A DNA stretch of 64,000 bases from NCBI GenBank assembly GCA_052327205.1, contig CM126212.1, positions 167,896,001 to 167,960,000 on the forward strand, written 5' to 3'. Each line of letters opens with the position of its first letter. The stretch's first letter is position 1. The notes under the pieces are model-generated. The model did no database searches. It was not told where the DNA came from and saw only the letters and a list, made by a program, of their open reading frames with translations. This document shows positions 1 through 12,600 of the stretch, in pieces. The stretch comes from Somniosus microcephalus. Taxonomy: Eukaryota. The position numbers were made by a program, and so were the translations under genes.

Positions 1-29
1 GTGTCTGCCCATTCCACCAGCCTGTCTAT

Positions 30-1172
30 TGAAGGGATAATTACTAGTCCTAGCCCCTTTAGGGCTACCCTGGATCAGGCGTATTTCTCAGACGTTCACT
101 TTCAACTAAAGTTTGAGGTAGCCGAATTCTAAAGATGCTTAATTGGGTCTAAAGGTCTGGATTATCTCTTCCTAAAGGAAAGGAACAACCTGAAAATGTT
201 ACCGTCCTCCAGATAGCACTTTTAATGAGTTTAGCAAGACTGTAATGTTCTGGATATTATGAGAGTCCGGAAAACTTCCCCAGAATTCTGCAACTCCTCA
301 CCAAAGAGTTTACAGAAATTGAGTTTGCGAGTTTTTGATACAGAAGTCTTATGTGAGACAATTCTAAAAATATATAGATTTATTAAAGAACCAACATGTA
401 ATTTACAGTTGGTGAGTCAATCGCAACATTAACAGTTCCAAAAAGAGAAAGCTTACAATCTTATTATCAGAGAACCTTACTTTCAAATCTTAACGTCGCT
501 ACAGTTTTACAGTTCTTAAAGTTCTACAGGATATCCACCAAAATCAAATACCTTTGATTCCCGAGGTACAAAGAGTTGGAGACTTACAGAGCTGCCTCTG
601 AAGCTAAGAATCACTTTGCCTGATTACAGCAAGTCTACTATCCTATTTGAGAGTTCAATATTTATACCCTTTTCCAGTGGTATTTCCTTTAAGGTTTTCT
701 GCTGATGTAAACTAATTATCTCTAGTCATTTTTCTGCTGACCCCTGCAATTCTTACAGTCACCTCAGCAGGTAGCATTACAAAATTATGTCTCCTCTCTA
801 GGTGTTCTAAGTTTACCATAAAAAACGGTGTTACGGCAGGTGTGTTTTTTACTTGATGTCATTTTTACGAAGGCAGATGTTTCTTAATTTTATGTGCTTC
901 TTTACGAAGTGTAAATTAGAACACCTTATCCAGGGTGAACCATTGTTTCATTCCGAAAGGTTCAGCCTGCCGGAGCCTTTAACGTCCTGTTTCAATAAGG
1001 TTATTGATTCCGTGTCAACAACTATCTTATCTCAATAGCCAGAATGCTTTCATAGTTTTGATAGTTCGGTTTCTAGATTTCCAAACCCAGTTTGTCATGT
1101 TTTAATAAGGCCAGAATTCTTTCAAAAGATGGTGTATTTTTCTGAATAGGTTATATGGCTTATTCCTTCACA
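30..1172 (-). mobile_element. Solo LTR, 1143 bp, retrovirus-like, inserted in a CR1 LINE
   Basis: TG...CA termini with imperfect inverted ends (TGAAGGGATAA / TTATTCCTTCACA). Perfect 4-bp TSD CTAT at 26-29 and 1173-1176; removing the element rejoins the CR1 sequence cctgtctatgtcctc. Minus-strand TATAAATA (659-666) and AATAAA (379-384). Confidence 0.85.
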
Positions 1173-1773
1173 CTATGTCCTCTTGAAGTCTATCCCTATC
1201 CTCCTCACTGTCACTGTACTTCCAAATTTTGTGTCATCTGCAAATTTTGAAATTGTGCCCTGTACACCCAAGTCCAAGTCATTAATATATATCAAGAAAA
1301 GCAGTGGACTTGTACCGACCCATGGGGCATACCACTGTATACATTCCTCCAGTCCAAAAAACAACCGTTCATCACTACTCTCTGTTTTCTGTCACTTAGC
1401 CAATTTTGTATCCATGCTGCCACTGTCCCTTTTATTCCATGGGCTTCAACTTTGCTGGCAAGCCTATTATGTGGCACTTTGTCGAACGCTTTCCTTTAAT
1501 TAATCCACACTTGTCCAAGTGACTGTTAATTTTGTTCCGGATTATCATTTCTAAAAGCTTCCCCACCACCGAGGTTAAACTGACTGGCCTGTAGTCGCTG
1601 GGTTTATCCTTATACCCTTTTTTGGACAAGGGTGTAACATTTGCAATGCTCCAGTCCTCTGACACCACCCCCGTATCTAAGGAGGATTGGAAGATTATGG
1701 CCAGTACCTCCGTAATTTCCACCTTTACTTCCCTCAGCATCCTAGGATGCATCCCATCGGGTCCTTATGACTT
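1173..1773 (-). mobile_element. CR1 LINE ORF2 (RT region) fragment
   Basis: Minus-strand peptides HPRMLREV...WSIANVTPLSKKG...DYRPVSLTSVVGKLLE and YINDLDLGVQGTISKFADDTK are typical CR1 RT motifs; frameshifted. Confidence 0.9.
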
Positions 1774-1776
1774 ATA

Positions 1777-2487
1777 GGGGGAGAGATTGGGTGAGTAGCG
1801 CCACCTGTTAGTGCCTAAAGAGGCAGTCAGTGGCTGTAGCACCACTGGCTGCGTCTCCCGCGATATTCAGTAGGGGCGCTAATGGTGGCGTTAGGCATTT
1901 GCGCTGCACCGCCACCGATGACATCATCGGTGTGCGCAGCGCCCCATTCGCGCCCCGTTCGCGATATTTGGTAGCGAACGCTGCAGTTGCGCCACTCGCT
2001 ACCAGTGCCTGGTTCACGGGGCCTTACTGTGCCGGCAGCGGCGCAAGTTAAGGTGGAGGTGCGGGGCGGCCGCCTTTTCGGCGGCCGCCTGCCAGCACCT
2101 CCGTCCCCGACCTCCTAACCACCACCCCCCGCGGCAATGCCGGCTGTTTCCCGAGAGCCCGGCACTTCTCCTTGGTGCCGGGCTCATTTGCCTGCACTCG
2201 CTAGCGGGGATCACGCTGTTGCAGGCACCTCCCCCTTAACAGTGGGAGGAAGGCCTGCAGTACCGCAGCGTGCCGTGCCGCAGCGTGTGGCGCTGCGGCA
2301 CGTTGCACTGCAATACTCAGTTTCAGCGCCCTAAGAGGGACGCGGAGCGCCTCGAGCCTCGCCCCGTGTCCCTCGAGGAGCAATGAAACTGAATATCTGA
2401 CGATCGCTAAAGCCTCGAATGCTGCGCTAAATCCTGCGCACAGGCAACTTTTGTGCCACTTTGGCGCCCCAACCCAATTTCTAGGCC
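1777..2487. mobile_element. GC-rich MITE, PIF/Harbinger-like, copy 1
   Basis: 16-bp imperfect TIRs GGGGGAGAGATTGGGT / ACCCAATTTCTAGGCC and 3-bp TSD ATA (1774-1776, 2488-2490). Near-identical to 54466-55178. Confidence 0.85.
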
Positions 2488-2861
2488 ATAGAATCATAGA
2501 AAGTTACAGCACGGAAGGAGGCCATTTCGGCCCATCGTGTCCGCGCCGGCCAACAAAGAGCTATCCAGTCTAATCCCACTTCCCAGCTCTTGGTCCATAG
2601 CCCTGCAAGTTAGAACATTCCAAGTGCACATCCAAGTACTTTTTAAATGTGGTTAGGGTTCCTGCCTCTGCCACCCTTTCAGGCAGTGAGTTCCAGACCC
2701 CCACAATCCTCTGGGTGAAGAAAATTCCCCTCCAAACCTTCTCCCAATTACATTATATCTGTGCCCCCTGGTTTTTGACCCCTCTGCTGAGGGAAATAGG
2801 TCCTTTCTATCCACTTTATCTATGCCCCTCATAATGTTATACACCTGAATAAGGTCTCCCC
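2488..2861 (-). mobile_element. 5'-truncated CR1 LINE 3' end nested in another CR1
   Basis: Tail atagaatcatagaa; minus-strand peptide IMRGIDKVDRKDLFP...TRGHRY typical of the CR1 ORF2 C-terminus. Confidence 0.85.
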
Positions 2862-3092
2862 ATCTACTTTAAGTACAGCCAGCCTTTCTAATACTTCCTG
2901 TTTATCAATTTTTATCCCATCCAGTATCTCCACTACCTCCTCTTTCACTATGACTTTGGCAGCAGCTTCTTCCTTGGTAAAGACAGATGCAAAGTACTCA
3001 TTTAGTACCTCAGCTATGCCCTCTGCCTCCATGCGTAGGTCTCCATTTTGGTCCCTAGCTGGCCCTACCTCTCCTCTTACTACCCGTTTACC
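2862..3092 (-). mobile_element. CR1 LINE ORF2 fragment, continuation of 1173-1773
   Basis: AEVLNEYFASVFTKE motif; joins to gtccttatgactt at ~1770 once the nested inserts are removed. Confidence 0.8.
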
Positions 3093-3158
3093 TCACAATT
3101 CACCTTTACTGTAATTGACCTAGGATTGTTTGGTGCAAATATATAAACATAGTACTAG

Positions 3159-3485
3159 ATGTTTCCACTTGGGGAGGAGACCAGAACTAGGGGCCAGAAA
3201 TATAAGATAGTCACTAATAAATCCAATAGGGAATTCAGGAGAAATTTCTTTACCCAGAGAGTGGTTAGAATGTGAAACTCGCTACCATAAGAAATCGTTG
3301 AGGCGAATAGCATAGATGCATTTAAGGGGACGCTAGATATACACATGAGGGAGAAAGGAATAGAAGGTTATGTTGATGGGGTTAGATAAAGAAGGATGGG
3401 AGGAGGCTCATGTGGAGCATAAACACTGGCATAGACGTGTTGGGCCGAATGGTCTGTTTCTGTGCTGCAAATACTATATAATACT
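3159..3485 (+). mobile_element. CR1 LINE 3' end fragment
   Basis: agaactagggg...tttctttacccagagagtggttagaatgtg (FFTQRVVR motif) followed by the 3' UTR tgggccgaatgg...tgtgctg. Confidence 0.8.
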
Positions 3486-3708
3486 TTGTAAGTGTCTCTC
3501 ACCTTGATACTGGTGAGTGCACCATGAACCTGAAATGAAACAATGTGCACATTCATTTTGTTCCAGCACACCCCTATTGAGGGAAAACCTTTGATTTATT
3601 CTTATGCCTCCCAAATATGCTGAATATTTGGTTCACTTTTTCCTGTTTTCTAAGTATGATCTACATCATCTGGATTCCAATGGCAAAATTACCCAACTTA
3701 CTGAATCA

Positions 3709-4040
3709 TTTTTTTTTTATTCGTTTATGGGATGTGGGTGTTGCTGGCAAGGCCAGCATTTATTGCCCATCCCTAATTGCCCTTGAGAAGGTGGTGGTGA
3801 GCCACCTTCTTGAACCGCTGCAATCCGTGTGGTGAAGGTACTCCCACAGTGCTGTTAGGTAGGGAGTTCCAGGATTTTGACCCAGCGACGATGAAGGATC
3901 GGCGATATACTTCTAAGTCAGGATGGTGTGTGACTTGGAGGGGAACTTGGAGGTGGTGGTGTTCCCATGCGCCTGCTGCCCTTGTCCTTCTAGGTGGAAG
4001 AGGTCGCGGGTTTTGGAGGTGCTGCTGAAGAAGCCTTGGC
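3709..4040 (-). mobile_element. LINE 3' end (CR1/L2 group, HER1-like)
   Basis: Minus-strand A tail; peptide SFIVAGSKSWNSLPNSTVG...FKKVAHHHLL. The 3' tail resembles that of the SINE at ~41680. Confidence 0.7.
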
Positions 4041-5461
4041 AATTGTAGTTCAGTGTTTGCAACCCAGGCACAACAACAAAAATAAACTAAAATGACCATG
4101 ATGCTCCTGTTAAGATGTGTCCCAAGCTGCAATCTAAATTATTTTAGGGACTGTCTTCTTTATTATGATGCTTTTGTTTTCTGTTATGGGGCTAAGTGTC
4201 AATGTGGATTAAATCTGTATGTCTGACCCATAGCTCTGCTCCTTTCATATCTCCCACTTACATATTGAATGTGTTAGTTGTTAGCATTACTTCAGCACTA
4301 ACAGGGTGATGAGTTGCTTCATTTTTTTAAATTTTCAATCTCACTGGTCTTAAGGTAACCAAGTACCTTGTTAGTTGCTTTGTGGACTTCTCTATTATTC
4401 ACCCATTTATTGCTTGTGACTAAAATACCCAGCAATATCTTGAGGTCCTTTTCATAAAAGTTGAGACCAGTCTGAGTGTCTGACTAACTTCAGTCGTTCA
4501 CGTGTAACTGTGTATTGCCCTCAGTGACTGTTAATTCATCACTGTTTGTCTCTGTGGTTCAGAAGTGGCAGGTGATGCTTGTAAACATGAAAGGTGCAAA
4601 ATTCTATGGTCACCGCTCCGTTACTTGATCAGCAGCGAAATGGGACTCCCAGTTTCCTGCACCCATGGGTGCTGACCCCATGCCAAATCACAGGCATGGG
4701 TCATTAGCATGTTCGGGATGGGTGCATCAGCGGTGCACACCCTAACTTGCTGGCAGGGAAGGAGAGTGGCTGGGGTATTAGTGTTCCAAGAGACCCCTGT
4801 TCCATTGGGTGCTGTTACTGTGGTAAAGTAATTGATTCCCTTTGGCAAAGCCTGAGGCATTTTCTGGGGACTCAGTGAAACATATACCAGCCCTTTTCCT
4901 TTGAAGGCAGAGAGGGCAGAATTGCTGGGACAGCCCAGCAGATTACCCTAGCATGTCCACCTGGTGAAGTGTATCCAGCTGTGCCCTGCCCCACACCTAC
5001 TGGAAAATGGACATAGCTTAAAAAACAGGTGCAATCCGGACACACCCTGATTCCACTCCATTCTCCGAGCTCTTAACTGGAGATCCATCCCATTTGCACC
5101 TTAACCCAGACCACAATTTGGAACCAGAATTTATTTTACAATAGTCTATAATTAGTAGTTTTATAGCTAAAGTCATTACACAGATGACACTGTTCTCGGA
5201 GCCACTTTAGTATACCTGTTCACCTTGCGACAGTTACCATTAAAGATAAATCTATTTAGCTATTTGGTGGAAATCAACAATCTAATTGGAACATAAAGGT
5301 GCACACTACCGGCAGTAAACACAGGGCAGAATATCCATTCCAACAGTAAAAGGAGCTGTTTTCAACTTTAAAAAATATTTATTGCAAACTGTCACCACAC
5401 CAGTTTCATTAATCTGCTGAAGACCAGATCCCAGCTGTGTCAGAGTGTGGTGCACAAAAAT

Positions 5462-6374
5462 GGGCAGTGTGGCACAGTGTTAGCACCACCAGGAGCAGTG
5501 GGGTACAGTGTTAGCACCACCAGGAGCAGTGGGGTAGTGTTACCACCACCAGGGGCAGTGGGTACCGTGTTACCACCACCAGGGGCAGTGGGTACAGTGT
5601 TACCACCAACAGGAGCAGTGGGGTACAGTGTTACCACCACCAGGGGCAGTGGGGTACAGTGTTACCACCACCAGGAGCAGTGGGGTACAGTGTTACCACC
5701 AACAGGAGCAGTGGGGTACAGTGTTACCACCACCAGGAGCAGTGGGGTACAGTGTTAGCACCACCAGGGGCAGTGAGGCACAGTGTTACCACCACCAGGA
5801 GCAGTGGGGTACAGTGTTACCACCACCAGGGGCAGTGGGGTACAGTGTTACCACCACCAGGGGCAGTGGGGTAAAGTGTTACCACCACCAGGGGCAGTGG
5901 GGTAAAGTGTTACCGTCACCAGGGGCAGTGGGTACAGTGTTACCACCACCAGGGGCAGTGGGGTACTGTGTTACCACCACCAGGGGCAGTGGGTACAGTG
6001 TTAACATCACCAGGGGCAGTGGGGTACAGTGTTACCGTCACCAGGAGCAGTGGGGTACAGTGTTACCGTCACCAGGAGCAGTGGGTACAGTGTTACCGCC
6101 ACTAGGGGCAGTGGGTACCGTGTTACCGCCACTAGGGGCAGTGGGGTACAGTGTTACCGTCACCAGGAGCAGTGGGTACAGTGTTACCGCCACTAGGGGC
6201 AGTGGGGTACAGTGTTACCGTCACCAGGAGCAGTGGGTACAATGTCACCGCCACTAGGGGCAGTGGGTACCATGTTACCACCAACAGGAGCAGTGGGGTA
6301 CAGTGTTACCACCACCAGGAGCAGTGGGGTACAGTGTTACCACCACCAGGGGCAGTGGGGTACAGTGTTACCAC
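5462..6374 (+). repeat. Minisatellite, 30/31-bp unit GG(G)TACAGTGTTACCACCACCAGGGGCAGTG, left block
   Basis: About 30 tandem units read directly. Confidence 0.97.
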
Positions 6375-6815
6375 TGTAGTGGCGCTTCGTAATTTCCAAA
6401 CATGCAGCCACTGAGCTTTGAGGCTTTTAACAACGAGTAGACGCGTGTTGAAATAAAACGTTCCAAAACGTAACTTTGTCCTTAAACTGTTTACTGTAAC
6501 ACCTTACAAACAGAATTACAAAGCAAAACACGTTTAAACGAACACGGTCAAAAACTGTATTGCTCCAGCCCTCAAAGTCTTTACCTTCTCTCTAGCCTCG
6601 TGGAGCTGGAACTGTAAAATGGCTGGATACCATGTGACAAGCTTAAGGACTGTACCATTGTGGCAAGAATAAAGGGGGTATCTCAGACTATACTACTGGA
6701 ACAAGAAAATAGGGGGTTTCTCAATACAATAAGTCAGTCAGGTAAATTAACTGTATTATACTATTTAACCAATATTTTAAAGTATTTTCTTTCTTAAACT
6801 TTCATGACTCTTACA
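6375..6815. mobile_element. Solo LTR (441 bp) inserted in the minisatellite
   Basis: TGTA...TACA termini, 5-bp TSD ACCAC/ACCGC, AATAAA motifs; the array resumes directly afterwards. Confidence 0.8.
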
Positions 6816-8270
6816 ACCGCCACCAGGGGCAGTGGGGTAAAGTGTTACCACCACCAGGGCCAGTGAGGTACAGTGTTACCACCACCAGGGGCAGTGGGTA
6901 CAGTGTTACCACCACCAGGGGCAATGGGTACAGTGTTACCACCACCAGGGGCAGTGGGGTAAAGTGTTACCGCCACCAGGGCCAGTGGGGTACAGTGTTA
7001 CTGCCACCAGGGGCAGTGGGGTAAAGTGTTACCACCACCAGGGACAGTGTGGTACAGTGTTACCACCACCAGGGGCAGTGGGGTAAAGTGTCACCGCCAC
7101 CAGGGGCAGTGGGGTAAAGTGTTACCACCACCAGGGGCAGTGGGGTACAGTGTTACCACCACCAGGGACAGTGTGGTACAGTGTTACCACCACCAGGGGC
7201 AGTGGGGTAAAATGTTACCGCCACCAGGGGCAGTGGGGTAAAGTGTTACCACCACCAGGGGCAGTGGGGTACAGTGTTACCACCACCAGGGGCAGTGGGG
7301 TACAGTGTTACCACCACCAGGGGCAGTGGGGTACAGTGTTACCACCACCAGGGGCAATGGGTACAGTGTTACCACCACCAGGGGCAGTGGGGTACAGTGT
7401 TACCACCACCAGGGGCAGTGGGGTACAGTGTTACCACCACCAGGAGCAGTGGGGTACAGTGTTACCACCACCAGGGGCAATGGGTACAGTGTTACTGCCA
7501 CCAGCGGCAGTGGGGTACAGTGTTACCGCCACCAGGGGTAATGTGGTATATTTTACCACCATCGGGGGCAGTGTGGTAAAGTGTTACCACCACCAGGGGC
7601 AGTGGGGTACAGTGTTACCACCACCAGGAGCAGTGGGGTACAGTGTTACCACCACCAGGGGCAATGGGTACAGTGTTACTGCCACCAGCGGCAGTGGGGT
7701 ACAGTGTTACCGCCACCAGGGGTAATGTGGTATATTTTACCACCATCGGGGGCAGTGTGGTAAAGTGTTACCACCACCAGGGGCAGTGGGTACAGTGTTA
7801 CCACCACCAGGGGCAGTGGGGTACAGTGTTACCGCAACCAGCGGCAGTGTGATACAGTGTTACCGCCACCAGGGATAGTGGGTACAGTGTTACCACCAAC
7901 AGGGGCAGTGGGTACAGTGCTACCGCCACCAGCGGCAGTGAGTACAGTGTTACCACCACCAGGGAGTGTGGGGTACAGTGTTACCTCCACCAGGGGCAGT
8001 GGGTACAGTGTTACCGCCACCAGGGGCAGTGTGGTACAGTGTTACCATCACCAGGGGCAGTGGGGTAAAGTGTTACTGCCACCAGCGGCAGTGAGTACAG
8101 TGTTACCGCCACCAGGGAGTGTGGGGTACAGTGTTACCACCACCAGGGGCAGTGGGTACAGTGTTATAGCCACCAGGGGCAGTGTGGTACAGTGCTACCG
8201 CCACCAGCGGCAGTGTGGTACAGTGTTACCGCCACCAGGAGCAGTGGGTACAGTGTTGCCACCACTATCG
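6816..8270 (+). repeat. Minisatellite, right block, with a 184-bp higher-order duplication
   Basis: Same unit as the left block. The variant unit GTAATGTGGTATATTTTACCACCATCGG recurs at 7538 and 7722. Confidence 0.97.
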
Positions 8271-8452
8271 GGAGGTTTACTTTGAAAACCTGTTCTCGAT
8301 GCAATGTTCCATGCCTCCTGTCATTGAATCACGTGATTAAATGATATTGCTTTACAGCATGTAAAACATTTTTTTAAATGCCAATAATCATAGGACCACG
8401 AATAAAAATTTGGTACAGACATATCTCTCAATTACCATTAATCAGCTGCATC

Positions 8453-9678
8453 TATAATATCCCAGAGGGACCCTGGTTCCAAATGATTCGAGGTTGACCT
8501 GTTTTGGGGACAGTGATTTAACTTTACTCAGCACAAGCAATACTTAATACATTACAGTATTCGAACAGCAGTTTACAAAGTATAATTGTGACTTATATTA
8601 CCACTTATACTCTGAGTAGAAGTCGCAACCGTGAGCAAGCTGCACCCTGTGTCTCTTGTGTTTCACCTCTTCTCTCTTCTCATCCCCTGGGTGTCTCTTT
8701 GATTCTTCCTGAACTCTTCTACAGTGTCTCTGAAATCTTCTACAATTTGTGACTGTTAAGACCCCCTTCTTTTACCCTTACTCTCATTCAAAACCTATGG
8801 AGTCCTCCTGAACCAATCAATGACTGGCACCGAAAACCCAAAATCCAATCATAAAGATGCCACGTTCGTAGCACCCTGGCTTACGCAGGTTTTTGGTCTG
8901 ATGACACTCTTGCATCATCTGTTTTTGACCAAGACGCGTATCTGGGGTAGTTATGGCAATACAAAAGGAATATGTCTCCATAGGTTGAGATACGGCCCCT
9001 GCTGTTGGCCTTTGTTTTTATAATTCACTGCGGATGCTATAACATTCCAGCACAATGGAAACTGCACCTAACCTTGGTTCCCTGGCTAACCGCAGTCTGT
9101 TTGACCATGGCAATCTCTTTCTCACCCCAGGTTGTCTGGTTACAGCTTACTCACATAAGAAATAGGGTTACAAGTTATACATAATTCAGGTGATCATTGC
9201 ATGCAGCTGACGATTACAGACTTCTACATTTAATCCTTACACACAATTATAAATCTATTACTAATGATTATAAGATATTAATGGTTATAAGACATTAAAA
9301 CAAGTCTTCAAAAAAACAACTAACATGTACTTCATAACAATCTTACGGTCCCTGCCTCTTATCTCAGTCTCTGGAATTCCGTTAATTCTCTCAGCTTTTC
9401 TCACAGACTGACTGTCGCTTTGCTAACTAGGCTTGTTGAAGTCTGAACTTTCAATATTTGGTCAAGTGGGCCCAAGGCCTCTTTCTTCCATTTTAAAATC
9501 TAACCGGGTCTACCCAAGGCATATTACACTAGTTTAAAAGCATGATTATTCAAGAATCAGTGTGCATTGCCTAACAGTTACATAATACAAAATTAAGCCT
9601 ATAACTAATAATGCTTATTTTATTTTGTCCATGTTAGTTAGTGGGAATCTGAAATGGAGATTTCTCAGGATTCTTATA
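8453..9678. mobile_element. Putative solo-LTR-like element with TATAA...TTATA ends
   Basis: Perfect 4-bp direct repeat CATC at 8449-8452 and 9679-9682; terminal inverted match 11/15; LTR-like size; CCAAT motifs near 8813 and 8845. Confidence 0.45.
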
Positions 9679-12600
9679 CATCCTACCTAACTACTTGGGA
9701 AAACAGGCACTTGGAAATTCTCCACATTAGTGATCAGGTATAGGAATCCTCCCTTGGAAAATAAGCCTTACAGCACGGGTAAAAATTCCCCCCCGCCACC
9801 CCGACTCTCAAACCAAACCAGCAGGTAATAACATTCAACACACAGGCTTTAGCAGGTACTCATCAGCCACTCATTAATTACTATGCAAACAGTCAATACT
9901 GTAAATAGTAATTCGGGACTTTGGTGATGGGGGATGTGAGCTGATCGTGTTTAGTCTGTAAACATGAAACATTGCATTGATTTCAGTGGCGTTGAATGGA
10001 TGCATTGCATTGCAAAGGAATCCACTGTTCCATTATTATCTTAACATGTCTGTTCCATTTAAAAGGATATACACAACAGAGCTCTCAATGGAACCCTACG
10101 AAGAAGATTTTATAAAGAAATAGAAACACAAACAGAATCCAATAGCACACACCATTGTACTTACCTTGATAATAAAGCCTGGTTAAGCGATAAGTACACA
10201 TCTTTCATTTTACATAACATAAAAGTATCGAACTAATTGATAAATGCACTTCATTCACTGTGCTTACCTTTATACTAAAGTGTTCCTTTGACCCATAATA
10301 GCCCAGTCAGATCACTTGCATCTCAAAATTTGGTTTGGACACCACTCTTCTATTTTTTTTCTTAAAGCTAGAAAGTTAGTTCACTCATAAAAACTTTTGC
10401 AGTGGGTACTGTGCTCAAATGAGATTCAGAGTCAGTTATACACCGCCAGTTCCAGAATTTTTGAAAGCAAATAAGTAAATAGTTGAAGACACTGCCTGCA
10501 AGAGCAGTGAAACGCTGACTTTTACTTTTTGTCCTTATCTTTGGACTCCTGCTGTGCTGCTTTTAATAATTCTGATGTGTAACTCATTTTGATGTCTCTC
10601 TCGACCAGAATGTTATGTCATTCATCTACTTTGATGCTGCTGCATCCACAGTTGTTGCAAAATCAGTTTTTCAGGTTTACAGGTAGAAAGTGAAAAAACT
10701 GGCCAGTTATAAAATAAGTGCAACCTTCCAGTCATTCATTTCAGAAATTCAGAGAAATAGATTGTAAAAGCCTGTTCTTCAGCTCTACTTTTAGTCCGAG
10801 ATTTGTTTTTGTGATTGGCAGGGACCTGGAAATGAAGTGAGTGTCTTAAGTATGTACGCCTTATTTTTTGGAAGTAAACATGGAAAGGTTTTAATATATT
10901 TATGATGTATGGTGTTTGCAGGAAAATGTTTTTGCAGCTAGGCTTCCTGTCCTTCAACCTGTACGCCTGATTAAACCATATAGTAACCTGTATAGGATCC
11001 GCTGCTTTAGAGAATACAAGACACTGCATTATTTCATATTTTGATAATCATTAAATGGTTTAAGTGGTGTGCTGGTGTGATGTTGTGCACTAGAAAATGG
11101 AAAGATGTAGGTTTGAGCTTCTGATTCTCAACACTGTAAATGCCCCGTCACAGTGGGACCATTGGTCGAGGCAGCAAGTGAGGGTTAGAAGCTTTTCCTT
11201 AGAAACTGAGACAAAGTATAGGAAAGTGAGTCAATCTGCCCTGCTCTTGTGCACCTCTAAGTTGTTGCCTCAAGTGCAATGTAGGAAGGCCTGGGGAGGA
11301 AGTCACCTGCTGGCTTTGTCAGATGTGGAAGACATAAAAGTTACAACACAGAAACAGGCCACTTGGCCCAACCAGTCCGTCTTGGCGTTTATCTTCCACA
11401 GGAGCAAATAGCTCGATTCGCATTTATCTGCCTTGTTCCCATATTTCTTTTACCCCCTTTTCCTTCATCCACTTAGCCAATCTAATCTTGAATGTTTACA
11501 TTGTTCCTGCCTCAATCATTAACCCTGCAAATGAAATCTGCAGCTTGCTCTCTGTTTCCAATCTCTCGCATTCTTGTAGCTATGGCCCCTCATTCTAGAT
11601 CCTTCAACTACAAGAAGCCATTTGCTTCTAGCTACCCTGTCCCATCCTTTCCTAATTTTAAACACTTATAAAATCGCTCAGTGATTTGCATTGTTATAGC
11701 GAAAAAGGCACCAGTTTTTCAAGTCAGTTTTTGTATTTGTACTTTCTCATTTCAGGCCCCATCCTAGCACATCGTACCCCCTCTAGAATCTCACTATCCA
11801 TCCCATAATGTGGAGACCAATAGTGCACACAATACTCTGAATCTTACTAATGTTTTATATTATCATTACCTCTTGGCTTTTATATTCTACAACTCTAGTG
11901 ATAAAACCTAGAATTTTATTAGCCTCTTTAATGGCCATATCATTGTGAGGTGCTGCCTTCAATGTCCTGTGAATCCGAACTGCTTAATCCCTCTGCTCTT
12001 TCAAAGCGCCGAGCCCACTTCCATTCAGAGTTTTTACCAAAATGTATCATCTTACACATACTGACACTGAATTCCATCTGACACTCTTTAGCCCATTCCC
12101 CCATTTTATTGATCTTCCTTTGGTTTTCTAAAGAATTAACTGTATGTCCTATTCAGGTATCATCTGCAAATTTCTCTGGGCCTGTATCACTCTCTCTAGG
12201 CCTGTATCAAAATTATTGATAGACACAGTGAACAGAAATGGTCCCAGAACTGAACCCTCTCAGACATCTCTATCCAGTTCTAACCACTCTGAAAATCTGC
12301 CTTTAACTCCTGAAATTTGTTTTCTCCCTTCTAACCAATCTTTAATCCAATTTGTTATCCTTCTGTAATTTCATACCCCTTAATCTTCTGTGACGTGATA
12401 CCTAGTCAAAGACTTTCCGAATGTCCATGCACACTGCATCCACTCCATTTCCCTCATCTACCATGTCTGTTACCTCCCCAAAGAATTCTATTTGTTAAGC
12501 ATGATTGTTCAAAATCTGTGCTACCTACTAAAGACCAACGTAAAGTATTTATTAAATGCCTAAGCCATATTTTGATCATCATCTACAAATGGACAATCTT

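Noticed and set aside
1808-2497. ORFs inside the GC-rich MITEs (also at 37-38 kb, 44 kb, 48 kb and 54-55 kb)
   Set aside because: They are open by chance in high-GC DNA, lack transposase motifs, and their frames are not conserved between copies.
5440-8285. Many ORFs such as MLPPPGAVGYSVTTTR, and the array as a possible CRISPR or repeat-protein gene
   Set aside because: Units are 30 or 31 bp, so the frame shifts constantly. There are no unique spacers or cas genes. These are minisatellite artefacts.
10160-10370. Minus-strand donor sites (AAG|GTAAG) suggesting coding exons
   Set aside because: The candidate exon has stops in all frames and no recognisable peptide.
10745-10836. Plus-strand exon candidate KFREIDCKSLFFSS...
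   Set aside because: Weak splice context, no recognisable protein, and no partner exons.
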